A DNA stretch of 64,000 nt from Candidatus Latescibacterota bacterium (GCA_965205485.1 OZ242180.1:4800001-4864000); one strand, 5' to 3'. Positions 39,298 through 48,811 are shown, counted from the stretch's first letter. The notes: a model not told the origin generated them from the letters alone. Numbers and translations: made by a program.

Positions 39298-39654
39298 TCA
39301 TCCCCGCTCCACTTCGACTTCGACGCCGTCGAATACCGCCGGTATGGGCGGATCGGGCTTGCGCACCCGGACCCGCAGACGCTTCAGATGGAAGCTCGAC
39401 TGCAGGACCTCCGCGATACGGTCGGCAAGCGACTCCACGAGTCCGAAACGCTCGGCCGTAACGACCGCCTTCGTCGCTTCGTAGATCCGCGCGTAGTCCA
39501 GGGCGCCGGCGTCGTCTTTCCGGGCATAGCCGCGGAAGTCCGAGAAGACCTCGACGTCCACTTCAAACCACTGCCCCAGTTTCGCCTCTTCGGGAAACAG
39601 CCCATGGTAGGCGTAAAACCTCATGTTTCTAAGGCGCAACACGTCGTTTCCCAT
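39298..39654 (-). CDS. folB: Dihydroneopterin aldolase
   Basis: FYAYHG..EE..GQ.F.VD, LDY, LVESLA, VRKPDPPI. Confidence 0.92.
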   Translation of the reverse strand: MGNDVLRLRNMRFYAYHGLFPEEAKLGQWFEVDVEVFSDFRGYARKDDAGALDYARIYEATKAVVTAERFGLVESLADRIAEVLQSSFHLKRLRVRVRKPDPPIPAVFDGVEVEVERG

Positions 39655-39747
39655 GGCCGGTCTCTGACGAATCCCTGGCAGCCTTTCCTGCCTCGAATTG
39701 ATACCGCCGCCGTCGCGGACGCACGACACCCCTCCTTTGTGGATATC

Positions 39748-39776
39748 AATATAAATGAACAAATGTGCAGAGTCAA
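39748..39776 (-). promoter_or_regulatory. Putative sigma70 promoter of folB-folK-dNK-panBC
   Basis: Minus strand TTGACT-N17-TATATT. Confidence 0.6.
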
Positions 39777-39842
39777 CAACGCTATGGATTCCGGCAGGAG
39801 AACACCGGCCGGGACGCAACGGTTTCTTGTGGCAGAAAGCCC

Positions 39843-39871
39843 TTGACATCGCCAATTCGCGCCCGTATTGT
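39843..39871 (+). promoter_or_regulatory. Promoter-like sequence pointing antisense into ygfZ
   Basis: TTGACA-N17-TATTGT. Confidence 0.4.
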
Positions 39872-39893
39872 AACTGGCGTCGGAACGGGTCGG

Positions 39894-40955
39894 CTACCGT
39901 CTATAAAAGGGCAGCTCGACCACCTCGGCGCGGCCTCCGCCGTCTACGGACAGAGACAGGCCGGGCCGTTCATATCCCCTGCGGACGGACGCAAGCGATA
40001 CCACCCGTCCCAGGGCGGGCGAACGGACGCCGCTTGTCGTCCATCCGATCTGTTTTTCACCGTCTCGCAGCGGTGTTTCCGCGGGCGGAACCGTATCCGC
40101 CTCCAGGTGTAAACCAACCAGATACCGTCTGGGTTTGCCCAGGTTGTGCATCTTGGCGATCGTTTCCTGACCGATAAAACATCCCTTCGCAAAATCGACG
40201 GCGTGGTGAAGGCCGGCTTCGAGCGGCACGACCCTTTCGTCCAGGTCGACGCCGTAACGCGGAATGCCGGACTCGATTCGTAACGCCTCCATGGCCCGGG
40301 TACCCACGGGACGGGCCCCCGCGGAAGTCAGCACGTTCCAGAGGCGGAGCGCATGGTCCGCCCGGATCCGCAGGTCATAGCCCGCCTCTCCCAAATAGGA
40401 GCGCGCGGTAACGGACACGACCTCCCGTCCCAGGTTCCGGACGACGGTATGGCAATCCGCAAGATCGGTGGACACTGCGCCCAGCACCCGTTCGATCAGC
40501 GCGCGGGAGCCGGGGCCGTGTACTCCGAACGTCGACTCGACTCCGGTTACGTCCGTGATACGGACGTCATCCGCAATCAGGTATTTGTCCAGGGACGCCA
40601 TCAGTTTCACCTGCAGTCCCGGCTCCGTCTCCAGCAGGAACCCTTCCGCGCGGTGATAGACCCATACGTCCGACAACGTCTGGCCCCGTGGCGTGGTCAT
40701 CGTTGCGTAATTTCCCGCTCCGGTTTCCAGCCCTTCCACCGTATTGCTCAACATCCCGTGCAGGAAACGCGCGCGGTCCGGGCCCGTAACCAGCAGGTGA
40801 CCCCTTTCGCTCCGATCAACCAGACCCGCGGCTTCTCGAACCGTCGCATACTCGGAATCGGCGTCGCCGTAGTGTGCGGCCGCCTCCCGGCCGTCGTTCC
40901 GTTCGAATGCGGCGCCCGCGGCCAGCTTGGCTGCCCGCAGCGTTGAGACCGTCAT
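39894..40955 (-). CDS. ygfZ: YgfZ/GcvT-like folate-binding protein
   Basis: GPDRARFLHG, LRIESGIP, KGCFIGQE signature. Confidence 0.85.
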   Translation of the reverse strand: MTVSTLRAAKLAAGAAFERNDGREAAAHYGDADSEYATVREAAGLVDRSERGHLLVTGPDRARFLHGMLSNTVEGLETGAGNYATMTTPRGQTLSDVWVYHRAEGFLLETEPGLQVKLMASLDKYLIADDVRITDVTGVESTFGVHGPGSRALIERVLGAVSTDLADCHTVVRNLGREVVSVTARSYLGEAGYDLRIRADHALRLWNVLTSAGARPVGTRAMEALRIESGIPRYGVDLDERVVPLEAGLHHAVDFAKGCFIGQETIAKMHNLGKPRRYLVGLHLEADTVPPAETPLRDGEKQIGWTTSGVRSPALGRVVSLASVRRGYERPGLSLSVDGGGRAEVVELPFYRR

Positions 40956-41006
40956 TGTCCGACCTCCTCATTTAACTCATCAAATGACACGCACGCGTCA
41001 CGTTGA

Positions 41007-41035
41007 AACTTATTTTGTACCCCGCTTCGTGTCAA
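41007..41035 (-). promoter_or_regulatory. Putative sigma70 promoter of ygfZ
   Basis: Minus strand TTGACA-N17-TAAGTT. Confidence 0.55.
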
Positions 41036-41077
41036 GAAAAACCGCTTTTCTGACAACGACCAGGCGCGGTACACTTA

Positions 41078-41266
41078 GAAGCTGTCTTAAAATTCCCAGC
41101 GGTCTTCGCGCGGCTGCAAACGCGCCGGTCGGCGTTGGTCAAACCCACCCAAGAGTGGCGAGGGGCGCGCAGCCACGATACATTGGTATATGGGCGGATT
41201 CTCCCGCCTTGACCGCCACTTTTTCGCTCGCGCTCGGGAACTCGCCGGTAATTTTAAAACAACTTC
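41078..41266 (-). mobile_element. MITE family 1, copy C (189 bp, TTA target duplication)
   Basis: Near-identical to the reverse complement of copy B; TTA at 41075-77 and 41267-69. Confidence 0.88.
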
Positions 41267-41294
41267 TTACACGCCGCCCCGCGGGAAATCCGAT

Positions 41295-41861
41295 ATGAGA
41301 CGCCTGATACCAACGGCCCTCCTGGTACTCGTTGCCTGCGGCGGCGGCCTCGGACCGGGGCCCCCCGACGGCACGGGAATCAAGGGAACCCTCATCTTCA
41401 ACGGCGATTGGCCGCCGGAGACGGATGACGTGGCTGTGGCGGTCTACCGGCGACGCCCGCAGGTCCTGGCGGATTTCTTCAATATTGCCGGATGGGACAC
41501 AACCGTGACCATCGGGGCGGTCCGTTTCGAGTACTTCGTCCCCCTTGAAGAGCCGGGCGTCTATGAGTGGGTCGTGGTGGCCTGGAGGCCTCGCGGCGGT
41601 TTCTGGAACTTTGACTCTCTGCTCGGATGTTACCACGTTGGCAGCGACACCCTGCCCACGCCGGTGCAGGTTCACCTGGGCGAAACCACGAAGAATGTCG
41701 ATATCCAGACCTATTTCGACCTCGTGCAGGGCGCCGATCGGCCGGATCGGGACATTTGCACAGGTTTTCTGCCTCCTCTGCCTTCTCTTTCCGGGCTCGG
41801 CGCTGCAGGCGGAAACCTCCGGCACGATCGTCGGACGGACAACCGACGAAACGACCGGTGA
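41295..41861 (+). CDS. Hypothetical lipoprotein
   Basis: MRRLIPTALLVLVAC lipobox; directly precedes and overlaps the TonB receptor. Confidence 0.75.
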   Translation: MRRLIPTALLVLVACGGGLGPGPPDGTGIKGTLIFNGDWPPETDDVAVAVYRRRPQVLADFFNIAGWDTTVTIGAVRFEYFVPLEEPGVYEWVVVAWRPRGGFWNFDSLLGCYHVGSDTLPTPVQVHLGETTKNVDIQTYFDLVQGADRPDRDICTGFLPPLPSLSGLGAAGGNLRHDRRTDNRRNDR

Positions 41862-43908
41862 ATCGTTGCCGGGCGCGAACGTCGTATTGCTTGGCACGGG
41901 CATCGGAACCGAAACCGGCATCGACGGCGGGTTCCGCCTGGCGGGTCTGCCGCCCGGCGCGTACACCCTGTCCGTTTCGATGCTGGGTTACTCGCCTCGC
42001 GTCATGAAGGACGTTCCGGTTGCGGCGGACGATACCCTGCGGCTTTCCGTCCGACTCGCGCCTTCGCCGATCCGGATGCCCGCCATCGTTGTCTCCGCAA
42101 CCAAACGCGCGCGAAACGCGGTCGACGCACCGACAAGCGTGTCACTCATCGGCGCGGAGGAAATCGAGTCCGACAATTCCGCCACGTTGAACGAATCCCT
42201 GGAATACGTGCCCGGCGTCAATATGGTGGGAGGCCAGGTCAACATCAGGGGGTCCAGCGGTTATTCCCGTGGTACCGGAAGCCGCGTACTCATGCTGATC
42301 GACGGCTTCCCCGCGCTGTCAGCCGATAACGCCGACGTCAAGTGGGACGCCATTCCGATGGACCAGATCGCGCGCGTGGAAATCATCAAGGGCGCCGGCT
42401 CCGCACTCTACGGCACGGGCGCGCTCGGGGGCATCATCAACGTCATAACCCGGAATCCGTCGCCGGAACCAGAGACGCTCTTTCGGTTCCTGGGCGGCCG
42501 ATACAGCGAACCCGGCCATCCGGAGTGGCGCTGGTCGTCGAGCGGGAGATTTTACGAAGGCACGGACGTCAGCCATTCCCGACAGTCCGGGAACACCGGG
42601 TTCATTCTGGGCGCCGGGCAGAAGTGGACCAACGGATTCAGGGAAAACGCGTGGCACAGGAGATACAAGCTCTTCGGCAAACTCAGACACCGGTTCAAGG
42701 CCGCGGCAACGTTGACCGCAACCTGTAACTGGGCGCTGGACGATCACGGAACCTTTGTGCTGTGGAAGGACAGAAACGAGCCCCTGGAGGTGCCGGAGAG
42801 CGCCAGAGGAGACAAGACCGTATCCCAGAAACTGAACCTGAACGTGGATTTCTATCATCTGCTCAATCCCCGAACGGGCTATCGACTCAAGTCTTTCGTG
42901 TATCGAACGGAATTCGACAACGAAATCGGCGGGAGAACGTCGTCGGAAGCGTACAAGATCGGGCAGGAACTCCAGCTGGATCTCCAGCCGGCCGGGAAGG
43001 TGGCGCTGACGGTCGGCGCGCAGTGGATTCACGACATCGTAAACTCGTCAGATCATCTCTTCGGCGACCACACCGGGCTCAACCTGGCGGCCTATGCCCA
43101 GGCCGAAATCGAACCCGCGGACCGGATGACGCTGTCGGCGGGCAGCCGCTACGACCGATATCGCACGGACGAACGGGACGCGGAGATCCGTCTGAGCCCC
43201 AAGCTGGGTTTCTCGTACCGAACATCCGGAAACACCACGTTACGCGGCACCCTGGGATGGGGTTTCAGAGGACCCTCAATCGCCGAAATCTACACCGACG
43301 CCACCTTCTCCGCGATTCCCATTGTTCCCAATACCGGCCTTGTGGCCGAAAGGAGCATCTCCTCCGAAGTCGCGCTGGATCACCGTCCGGCGCCCTGGTC
43401 GGTCATCAGCGCCGCGGCATTCTGGAGCCGCTACCAGGACCTCGTGGAGGCCAGGCCGGACGCCTCCGGCGTCGTGCAGTTCAGGAACGTGGCGAGGGGC
43501 CGTATTGCCGGCGTCGAGGCGAGCCTGGCCGCGGCGATCGATCCGGTTCGCCTGGAAGGAAACTATACGTTGATTCGCGCGATTGAAAACCTGCCGGAGG
43601 GGGACCTTCCGCTGCCCTATCGCCCCCGGCACATCGCCACCGCCGGTCTACAGACCACGTTCGGCCGGCTCAAGCTGGAAGGCCGATTCAGATTCAGAAG
43701 CCGGATCCTGCGCGCATCCGGACTGTTGCCGGAAGGAAACCGCGATCTCATACCGGTCTATCTGGTCGACCTCTCGGCCTCCTGCGCATTCGGCGAGGTC
43801 CAGGTGGTACTGAAGGCGCATAACGCTCTGGAGTACAACTACGCCGTTGTCGAACGCAATCTGGGTTCGCCCAGACGGATTTCGCTCGGCATTACGGCCA
43901 GGCACTGA
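41695..43908 (+). CDS. TonB-dependent receptor with N-terminal carboxypeptidase-regulatory-like domain (start uncertain)
   Basis: GTIVG.TTDETTGESLPGANV, VVSATK, plug motifs NIRG, VLMLIDG, RVEIIKGAGSALYG..ALGGIINVIT; beta-barrel strands. Confidence 0.9.
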   Translation: MSISRPISTSCRAPIGRIGTFAQVFCLLCLLFPGSALQAETSGTIVGRTTDETTGESLPGANVVLLGTGIGTETGIDGGFRLAGLPPGAYTLSVSMLGYSPRVMKDVPVAADDTLRLSVRLAPSPIRMPAIVVSATKRARNAVDAPTSVSLIGAEEIESDNSATLNESLEYVPGVNMVGGQVNIRGSSGYSRGTGSRVLMLIDGFPALSADNADVKWDAIPMDQIARVEIIKGAGSALYGTGALGGIINVITRNPSPEPETLFRFLGGRYSEPGHPEWRWSSSGRFYEGTDVSHSRQSGNTGFILGAGQKWTNGFRENAWHRRYKLFGKLRHRFKAAATLTATCNWALDDHGTFVLWKDRNEPLEVPESARGDKTVSQKLNLNVDFYHLLNPRTGYRLKSFVYRTEFDNEIGGRTSSEAYKIGQELQLDLQPAGKVALTVGAQWIHDIVNSSDHLFGDHTGLNLAAYAQAEIEPADRMTLSAGSRYDRYRTDERDAEIRLSPKLGFSYRTSGNTTLRGTLGWGFRGPSIAEIYTDATFSAIPIVPNTGLVAERSISSEVALDHRPAPWSVISAAAFWSRYQDLVEARPDASGVVQFRNVARGRIAGVEASLAAAIDPVRLEGNYTLIRAIENLPEGDLPLPYRPRHIATAGLQTTFGRLKLEGRFRFRSRILRASGLLPEGNRDLIPVYLVDLSASCAFGEVQVVLKAHNALEYNYAVVERNLGSPRRISLGITARH

Positions 43909-43926
43909 ATCCCGAAGGAGAATTTC

Positions 43927-44895
43927 ATGAAAGCGATTCAAGTTGACCGCACCGGCGGACCCGAAGTCCTATGCTATAAGGACGTACCGAATCCCGAACC
44001 CGGCCCGAACGAGGTACTGGTCAGAATCGATGCCATCGGTCTGAACTATATAGACACCTACCACCGCACGGGCCTTTATCCGCTGGACCTGCCCTTCATT
44101 CCCGGCCTCGAGGCCGCGGGTACGGTGGCGGCCCTGGGTACCGGCGCCACGGACTTCCGGCCGGGAGAACTCGTCGCCTACGCGGGAGTGCCGGGCTCCT
44201 ACGCCGAACTCGTCGCAGCCCCGCAGGAGAGACTCGTCAGACTCCCGGATGGCGTGGATGCCGTTGCCGGCGCGGCCGCGATGCTCCAGGGAATGACCTC
44301 CCACTATCTCGTTCACAGCACCTGCAACGTCCTGGAAGGCGACACCGTTCTCATTCACGCGGCGGCGGGGGGCGTGGGGCTCATTCTGGTTCAGATGGCG
44401 AAGATGCGGGGCGCGCGCGTCATCGGTACGGTGTCAACGGAAGAAAAGGCGCAACTGGCCCGGGACGCCGGAGCGGATGAAGTCATAAGATACACCGAAC
44501 AGGATTTCGAAGCCGAAGTCAAACGGCTCACTGACGGCCGGGGCGTTCACGTCGCATACGACTCGGTGGGTAAAACCACCTGGGAGAAGAGCATGAATTG
44601 CCTGTGTCCAAGGGGCTACCTCGTGCTGTTCGGCAATGCCAGCGGTCCGGTGCCGCCGGTCGATCCGCTGCTGCTTTCCCGTCTCGGCTCGATCTTTCTG
44701 ACGCGACCCACCCTTGTCGACTACACTGCGAACCGGGAAGAGCTGGAGCTTCGGGCCGGGGACGTGCTTGGCTGGATTCAATCCGGGAAGCTCAATCTGC
44801 GGATCGACCGTACCCTGCCACTCTCGGATGCCCGGGAAGCCCACCGGCTGCTGGAAGGCAGACGGACGACGGGTAAAGTGCTCCTGATCCCGTAG
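43927..44895 (+). CDS. qor: NADPH:quinone oxidoreductase (zeta-crystallin family)
   Basis: GGPEVL, GLNYIDTYHRTGLY, HAAAGGVG, YDSVGK, FGNASG, TTGKVLLIP. Confidence 0.92.
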   Translation: MKAIQVDRTGGPEVLCYKDVPNPEPGPNEVLVRIDAIGLNYIDTYHRTGLYPLDLPFIPGLEAAGTVAALGTGATDFRPGELVAYAGVPGSYAELVAAPQERLVRLPDGVDAVAGAAAMLQGMTSHYLVHSTCNVLEGDTVLIHAAAGGVGLILVQMAKMRGARVIGTVSTEEKAQLARDAGADEVIRYTEQDFEAEVKRLTDGRGVHVAYDSVGKTTWEKSMNCLCPRGYLVLFGNASGPVPPVDPLLLSRLGSIFLTRPTLVDYTANREELELRAGDVLGWIQSGKLNLRIDRTLPLSDAREAHRLLEGRRTTGKVLLIP

Positions 44896-44909
44896 ATATA
44901 GAACAAATA

Positions 44910-44938
44910 GGCGGGCCGAACGAAACGTCCGGCCCGCC
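44910..44938. terminator. GC-rich hairpin between convergent genes
   Basis: GGCGGGCCG-N11-CGGCCCGCC; no U-tract. Confidence 0.4.
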
Positions 44939-45001
44939 GCGCGAATGCGCCGAATCGCGCCCTGGCGAAGGCCGGACGAATTCGGTCCATGTCATGCGGA
45001 A

Positions 45002-45751
45002 TCAGATGCGAATTTCGTGCCTGACGCCACGGATGTCCATCTCGAATTCAATCCCGATCACCGGCGGGCGCGCCAGGTACAACCTGATGCCGTGACGCTG
45101 CGCCGCCCCCACGCCAGGCAACACGACCTCGTCCAGCAGGCGGTCCAGCCGGTGCGCCGTGTAAACGTCCACGGCCGTCACCTCACCCCAGGCCGCTCCC
45201 ACTCCCGCCAGCCTGTCCGTCATCACCTGCACCACGTATGCCGCCTTTTCCATCATCGCGACCGGGCCTGTCTCCCCCCGCCTGACGATGCCGTCGCGCA
45301 CGAGTTCGCCTTCACGCAGTTCACCCGCGCCCGCGATGACGAACGTCCGGCCGTTTTCTTCGCGGCAGGGTACCGTGTACGAAAAACCGTGCATCGTGGT
45401 ATCGTCCGGCGGCTGGTACAAGGGCGCGACATTGGTTCGAGCTACCGGATTCATTCCGTCCACGTGCAGGTCCCAGGATGCCAGGAGTTCGCAGTATTCC
45501 TCGTTGAACCTGATGAATCCGTCCATCGGATGCGGTTTCGGGCAGCGGAGTTCCACACCGCAAAGCGCGTGACGTCCCCGACCCGACCCGCGAAGATGCG
45601 CGTCCACCTTCTCAAACCCCTCGCGCCAGGGAAGCGGTTCCGTCAACGTCGCATGTACGACCTCGTATCCGTTGGCGGCGATGGCGCCGCACGAATAGGG
45701 TTCTATTCCCTTAAGGAATTGATATTGACCTCTTATATTCTCAAAAAGCAT
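45002..45751 (-). CDS. CnbZ-like (2-amino-5-chloromuconate deaminase-like, RidA-fold) protein
   Basis: PYSCG.....GYEVVH, CGVELR.P.P, NPVARTNV, FVIAGAGE, RPPV.GIEFEMDIRGV. Confidence 0.7.
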   Translation of the reverse strand: MLFENIRGQYQFLKGIEPYSCGAIAANGYEVVHATLTEPLPWREGFEKVDAHLRGSGRGRHALCGVELRCPKPHPMDGFIRFNEEYCELLASWDLHVDGMNPVARTNVAPLYQPPDDTTMHGFSYTVPCREENGRTFVIAGAGELREGELVRDGIVRRGETGPVAMMEKAAYVVQVMTDRLAGVGAAWGEVTAVDVYTAHRLDRLLDEVVLPGVGAAQRHGIRLYLARPPVIGIEFEMDIRGVRHEIRI

Positions 45752-45800
45752 AAATATAGACCGCGGCTTTCCGCCACGCGCGAAGCGCGCGCGCCGACGC

Positions 45801-46859
45801 TCAATCCAGGGGATTTTTCAGGTATGCCATCAGCAGCCGGGCCGAGTTGACGATCCCTTTCATCGAACAGATCTCGTACCCGTGTGTATTCTCGCCGGGA
45901 TACGCGATGCAGGCCGACCGGCCGGCCGATCCGGCGCGTTTGGCGATACTGGCGTCGCTCCCGTAGGACGTGACCACCGCCGGCTGCGTATCAAACCCCA
46001 TGCGCGTTGCCAGGGCTTCCAGGTGGCGCAGCGTCCGTTCGTGGTAAACGCCGGTCGCGTCGGCCCAGAGCAGAACCGGACTTCCGCAGTTCCGGATCTG
46101 ATACTCTTCGGCCACGGGTGCTATATCCAGCGCAACGGCCGTCTGGGCCGGCAACTGTCCGATCGAATACGCGGCGCCCTGGGCGCCTATCTCCTCTTCT
46201 GAACTGGCGATGAGATACACGTCATGCGGCGGCGGCGTCTCTGCCAGATGCCTGGCCGCCTCGATCAGAACCGCGAGTCCCGCCCTGCAGTCCAGGTTGT
46301 AACCGCAGATGAAGTCCCCCAGAAACAACGGCGGTTTCCGGGAACGCGCCAGCACCGCCTTGCTGCCTCGATGCACGCCCAGATCCCGCAGTTCCGCGGC
46401 GGTGCGCTTGGTCTCGATCCAGAACTTCCCCCATTCGACCGCCTTGCCGGACTTTAAGGAACCCGCGGGACTCTCATCGGAAACATGCTTGGAGCCCACG
46501 GACAGAATGCCCGTCACCGGCTCACCTTCGGTCAGCACGTCAACCGGCCCTTCGCCGACCGCCCAGGCGTGGAGCCCGCCCAGCGGCCGCACCCGAAGGC
46601 GTCCATCGTCCTGGACGCGCCTGACCATGAGTGAGATTTCGTCCTTGTGCGCCGTGACGGCAACGGGCGGGCCGTCGCCCCGGCCCCTGAAGTGGACCAC
46701 GATGCTCTCGGCCGCATCCTGCCAGACCGACGCGGCGAGGGGACGCACCTCGTCCATCACTATTGCGTCCACTTCGCCTTCCGCCCCCGGCGGAGCATGC
46801 GCCGTAAGAAGCCTTTCCAGCAACTTCATCAGGCGATTTCGATCAACTGACACATCCAT
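45801..46859 (-). CDS. M42 family metallopeptidase
   Basis: APPGAE, AHKDEI, NLDCRAG, SEEEIG, ALDIA, GSDA, NTHGYE. Confidence 0.88.
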   Translation of the reverse strand: MDVSVDRNRLMKLLERLLTAHAPPGAEGEVDAIVMDEVRPLAASVWQDAAESIVVHFRGRGDGPPVAVTAHKDEISLMVRRVQDDGRLRVRPLGGLHAWAVGEGPVDVLTEGEPVTGILSVGSKHVSDESPAGSLKSGKAVEWGKFWIETKRTAAELRDLGVHRGSKAVLARSRKPPLFLGDFICGYNLDCRAGLAVLIEAARHLAETPPPHDVYLIASSEEEIGAQGAAYSIGQLPAQTAVALDIAPVAEEYQIRNCGSPVLLWADATGVYHERTLRHLEALATRMGFDTQPAVVTSYGSDASIAKRAGSAGRSACIAYPGENTHGYEICSMKGIVNSARLLMAYLKNPLD

Positions 46860-46937
46860 CGCAATGCCTCCAGACGATGCCAAAGGGTCACCGCCGTGCA
46901 TCCCGGAATTCGCTGCCGTCCGCGCGGGAGATTTCGC

Positions 46938-46966
46938 TTGACATCAAACGGGAAACACGGAATATT
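46938..46966 (+). promoter_or_regulatory. Putative sigma70 promoter of the sigma factor gene
   Basis: TTGACA-N17-AATATT in an AT-rich island; palindrome GTTATATAAC just downstream. Confidence 0.5.
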
Positions 46967-47047
46967 CAATTTGGTTATATAACATATATCCTCCCGCAGG
47001 CTGCATGATCCCGTCCATCATTCGCTGAACCGCCTGAGGTGATCTTC

Positions 47048-47911
47048 GTGGCCAGAAAGAGCGGAATCTACCGCAATGAGGTGAAAGATTCATTGCACCG
47101 CTACCTGGAAGACGTCGCCACGTCTGAGCCGCTGACGTCCCAGGAGGAAGTCTTTCTTGCCCGTCGCATCAAAAAGGGAGACCTCGAAGCCCGCAGGAAG
47201 CTCGTCGAAGCCAACCTTCGATTCGTCATCACCGTGGCCAGGGAGTACCAGAACCAGGGAGTGCCGCTGGCGGACCTGATCAGCGCGGGAAACCTCGGAC
47301 TCATTACGGCGGCGGAAAGATTCGACGAAACCAAGGGCTTCAAGTTCATATCCTATGCGGTCTGGTGGATTCGCCAGTCCATCCTGCAGACGCTGGCCGA
47401 ACATTCCAGGGTCGTGCGTCTACCGCTCAACCGGGTGGACCTTCTGCGCCGCATATCCCGATACGTTAACAACCGGCAACAGGAAACGTCCGGGCGCCCC
47501 CCCGAAGAAGAGATCGCGGAGGAGTTGGGAATCACGGTCGAGCAGGTGGTCGATACCCTTGCCAGCGGACAGCGCATCCTGTCGTTGGACATGACCTTCG
47601 GCGAAGACGAAGAAAACAGCCTCCTGGAAGTCATGACAGACGAAAACCAGGAGTCGCCCGACCATCTCCTCCTGCAGAATTCACTGGAACATGAGATCTT
47701 CGCGGCGCTGGATACGCTTGAAGAAAGGGAACGTGAGGTTATTCGCCTCTATTTCGGCCTGGGCGGCGACGCCGAGATGACCCTGGAGGAAATCGGTATC
47801 CGGTTCAGGCTTACCCGTGAACGCGTGAGGCAGATCAAGGAAAAAGCGCTCCGGAAGCTCCGTCACCCCACTCGCGGCCGGAAACTCATGCCCTATTCAG
47901 ACGGCGCCTGA
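47048..47911 (+). CDS. RNA polymerase sigma70 factor, short RpoD/SigA type lacking region 1.1
   Basis: LVEANLRFV, DLISAGNLGL, FKFISYAVWWIRQSI, TLEEIG..F.LTRERVRQIKEKALRKLR. Confidence 0.93.
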   Translation: MARKSGIYRNEVKDSLHRYLEDVATSEPLTSQEEVFLARRIKKGDLEARRKLVEANLRFVITVAREYQNQGVPLADLISAGNLGLITAAERFDETKGFKFISYAVWWIRQSILQTLAEHSRVVRLPLNRVDLLRRISRYVNNRQQETSGRPPEEEIAEELGITVEQVVDTLASGQRILSLDMTFGEDEENSLLEVMTDENQESPDHLLLQNSLEHEIFAALDTLEEREREVIRLYFGLGGDAEMTLEEIGIRFRLTRERVRQIKEKALRKLRHPTRGRKLMPYSDGA

Positions 47912-47934
47912 ACACGGACGTCAATACATGAGCG

Positions 47935-47966
47935 AGGCCGGACGGCAGGAACGTCCGGCCTTTTTT
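47935..47966 (+). terminator. Rho-independent terminator after the sigma gene
   Basis: AGGCCGGACG-N7-CGTCCGGCCT-TTTTT. Confidence 0.85.
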
Positions 47967-47971
47967 GCGTA

Positions 47972-48811
47972 CTATCTTCCCTTCGCGATATCAAGCAGTT
48001 CTTCAGCCGTGGCCCACAGCAGCGGAACGACAAGGTCTTCCTGAACCGAGCCGTCGTGCATACCGCGGTTTCCGCAATCGTCCGCGGCGCGCTCCGGAGA
48101 CTCATGCATGCCATGGTCCGCCACGACGACCACCCCGTATCCGGACGTCGCGAGACCGGCCAGCAGCCCCTTCAGATTCCTGTCCATCCCGGAGGCGGTC
48201 TGCCGGACCTCCGGCGTGTAGGGTCCGTACCGGTGACCCGCTTCGTCCACGTCAAGCAGATGAACAAACGCGAACTCCGGCGAATGTTCGAGGATCAGAC
48301 CGGGAACCCGGGCGTAGATCTCCAGGTCGTTTCGCTCCTTTGCCAGTACCGTCCGGTCGGCAAACCGCTCGACGTCCAGTCCCGCCACATCCCTCTCGTG
48401 GACGGCCATCAACGTCTGCCCGCCGGCGTCCCGCACCCGATTGAAAACGGAATCCATGCGGGGTGACCGGGTCGCCCGGATCATCGTCTGCAGGTCCGTG
48501 ACGCCGTGCGAGGACGGCGACACGCCGGTCAACATGGTTGAAATGCAAATGTAGGTCATCGAGGGCAGCACGGAGTGGATCTCTCGATGCCGAAGGTCCC
48601 CGAGCCGGTTGAGAAACGGCACTTCGCCACGAACATGGGCCCACAGCGACGAGCCGAAACCGTCCACCACCACCAATGCAAGCCGGTCGGCCGCTTGAAG
48701 GGTGTCCACGACTTCATCGATCGGCGCCGCCTCGGCGCCGCGGGGCGCGGTCACGTTGAGCACGCGGGCAATGGTGGAAGCGATCGCCCGCAGATCGACT
48801 GTTTCAGCCAT
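47972..48811 (-). CDS. Alkaline phosphatase superfamily protein (type I phosphodiesterase/nucleotide pyrophosphatase-like)
   Basis: VVVDG, PSMT nucleophile, MLTG..P..HG, DVDEAGH..GP, ADHG, H...VPL. Confidence 0.82.
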   Translation of the reverse strand: MAETVDLRAIASTIARVLNVTAPRGAEAAPIDEVVDTLQAADRLALVVVDGFGSSLWAHVRGEVPFLNRLGDLRHREIHSVLPSMTYICISTMLTGVSPSSHGVTDLQTMIRATRSPRMDSVFNRVRDAGGQTLMAVHERDVAGLDVERFADRTVLAKERNDLEIYARVPGLILEHSPEFAFVHLLDVDEAGHRYGPYTPEVRQTASGMDRNLKGLLAGLATSGYGVVVVADHGMHESPERAADDCGNRGMHDGSVQEDLVVPLLWATAEELLDIAKGR

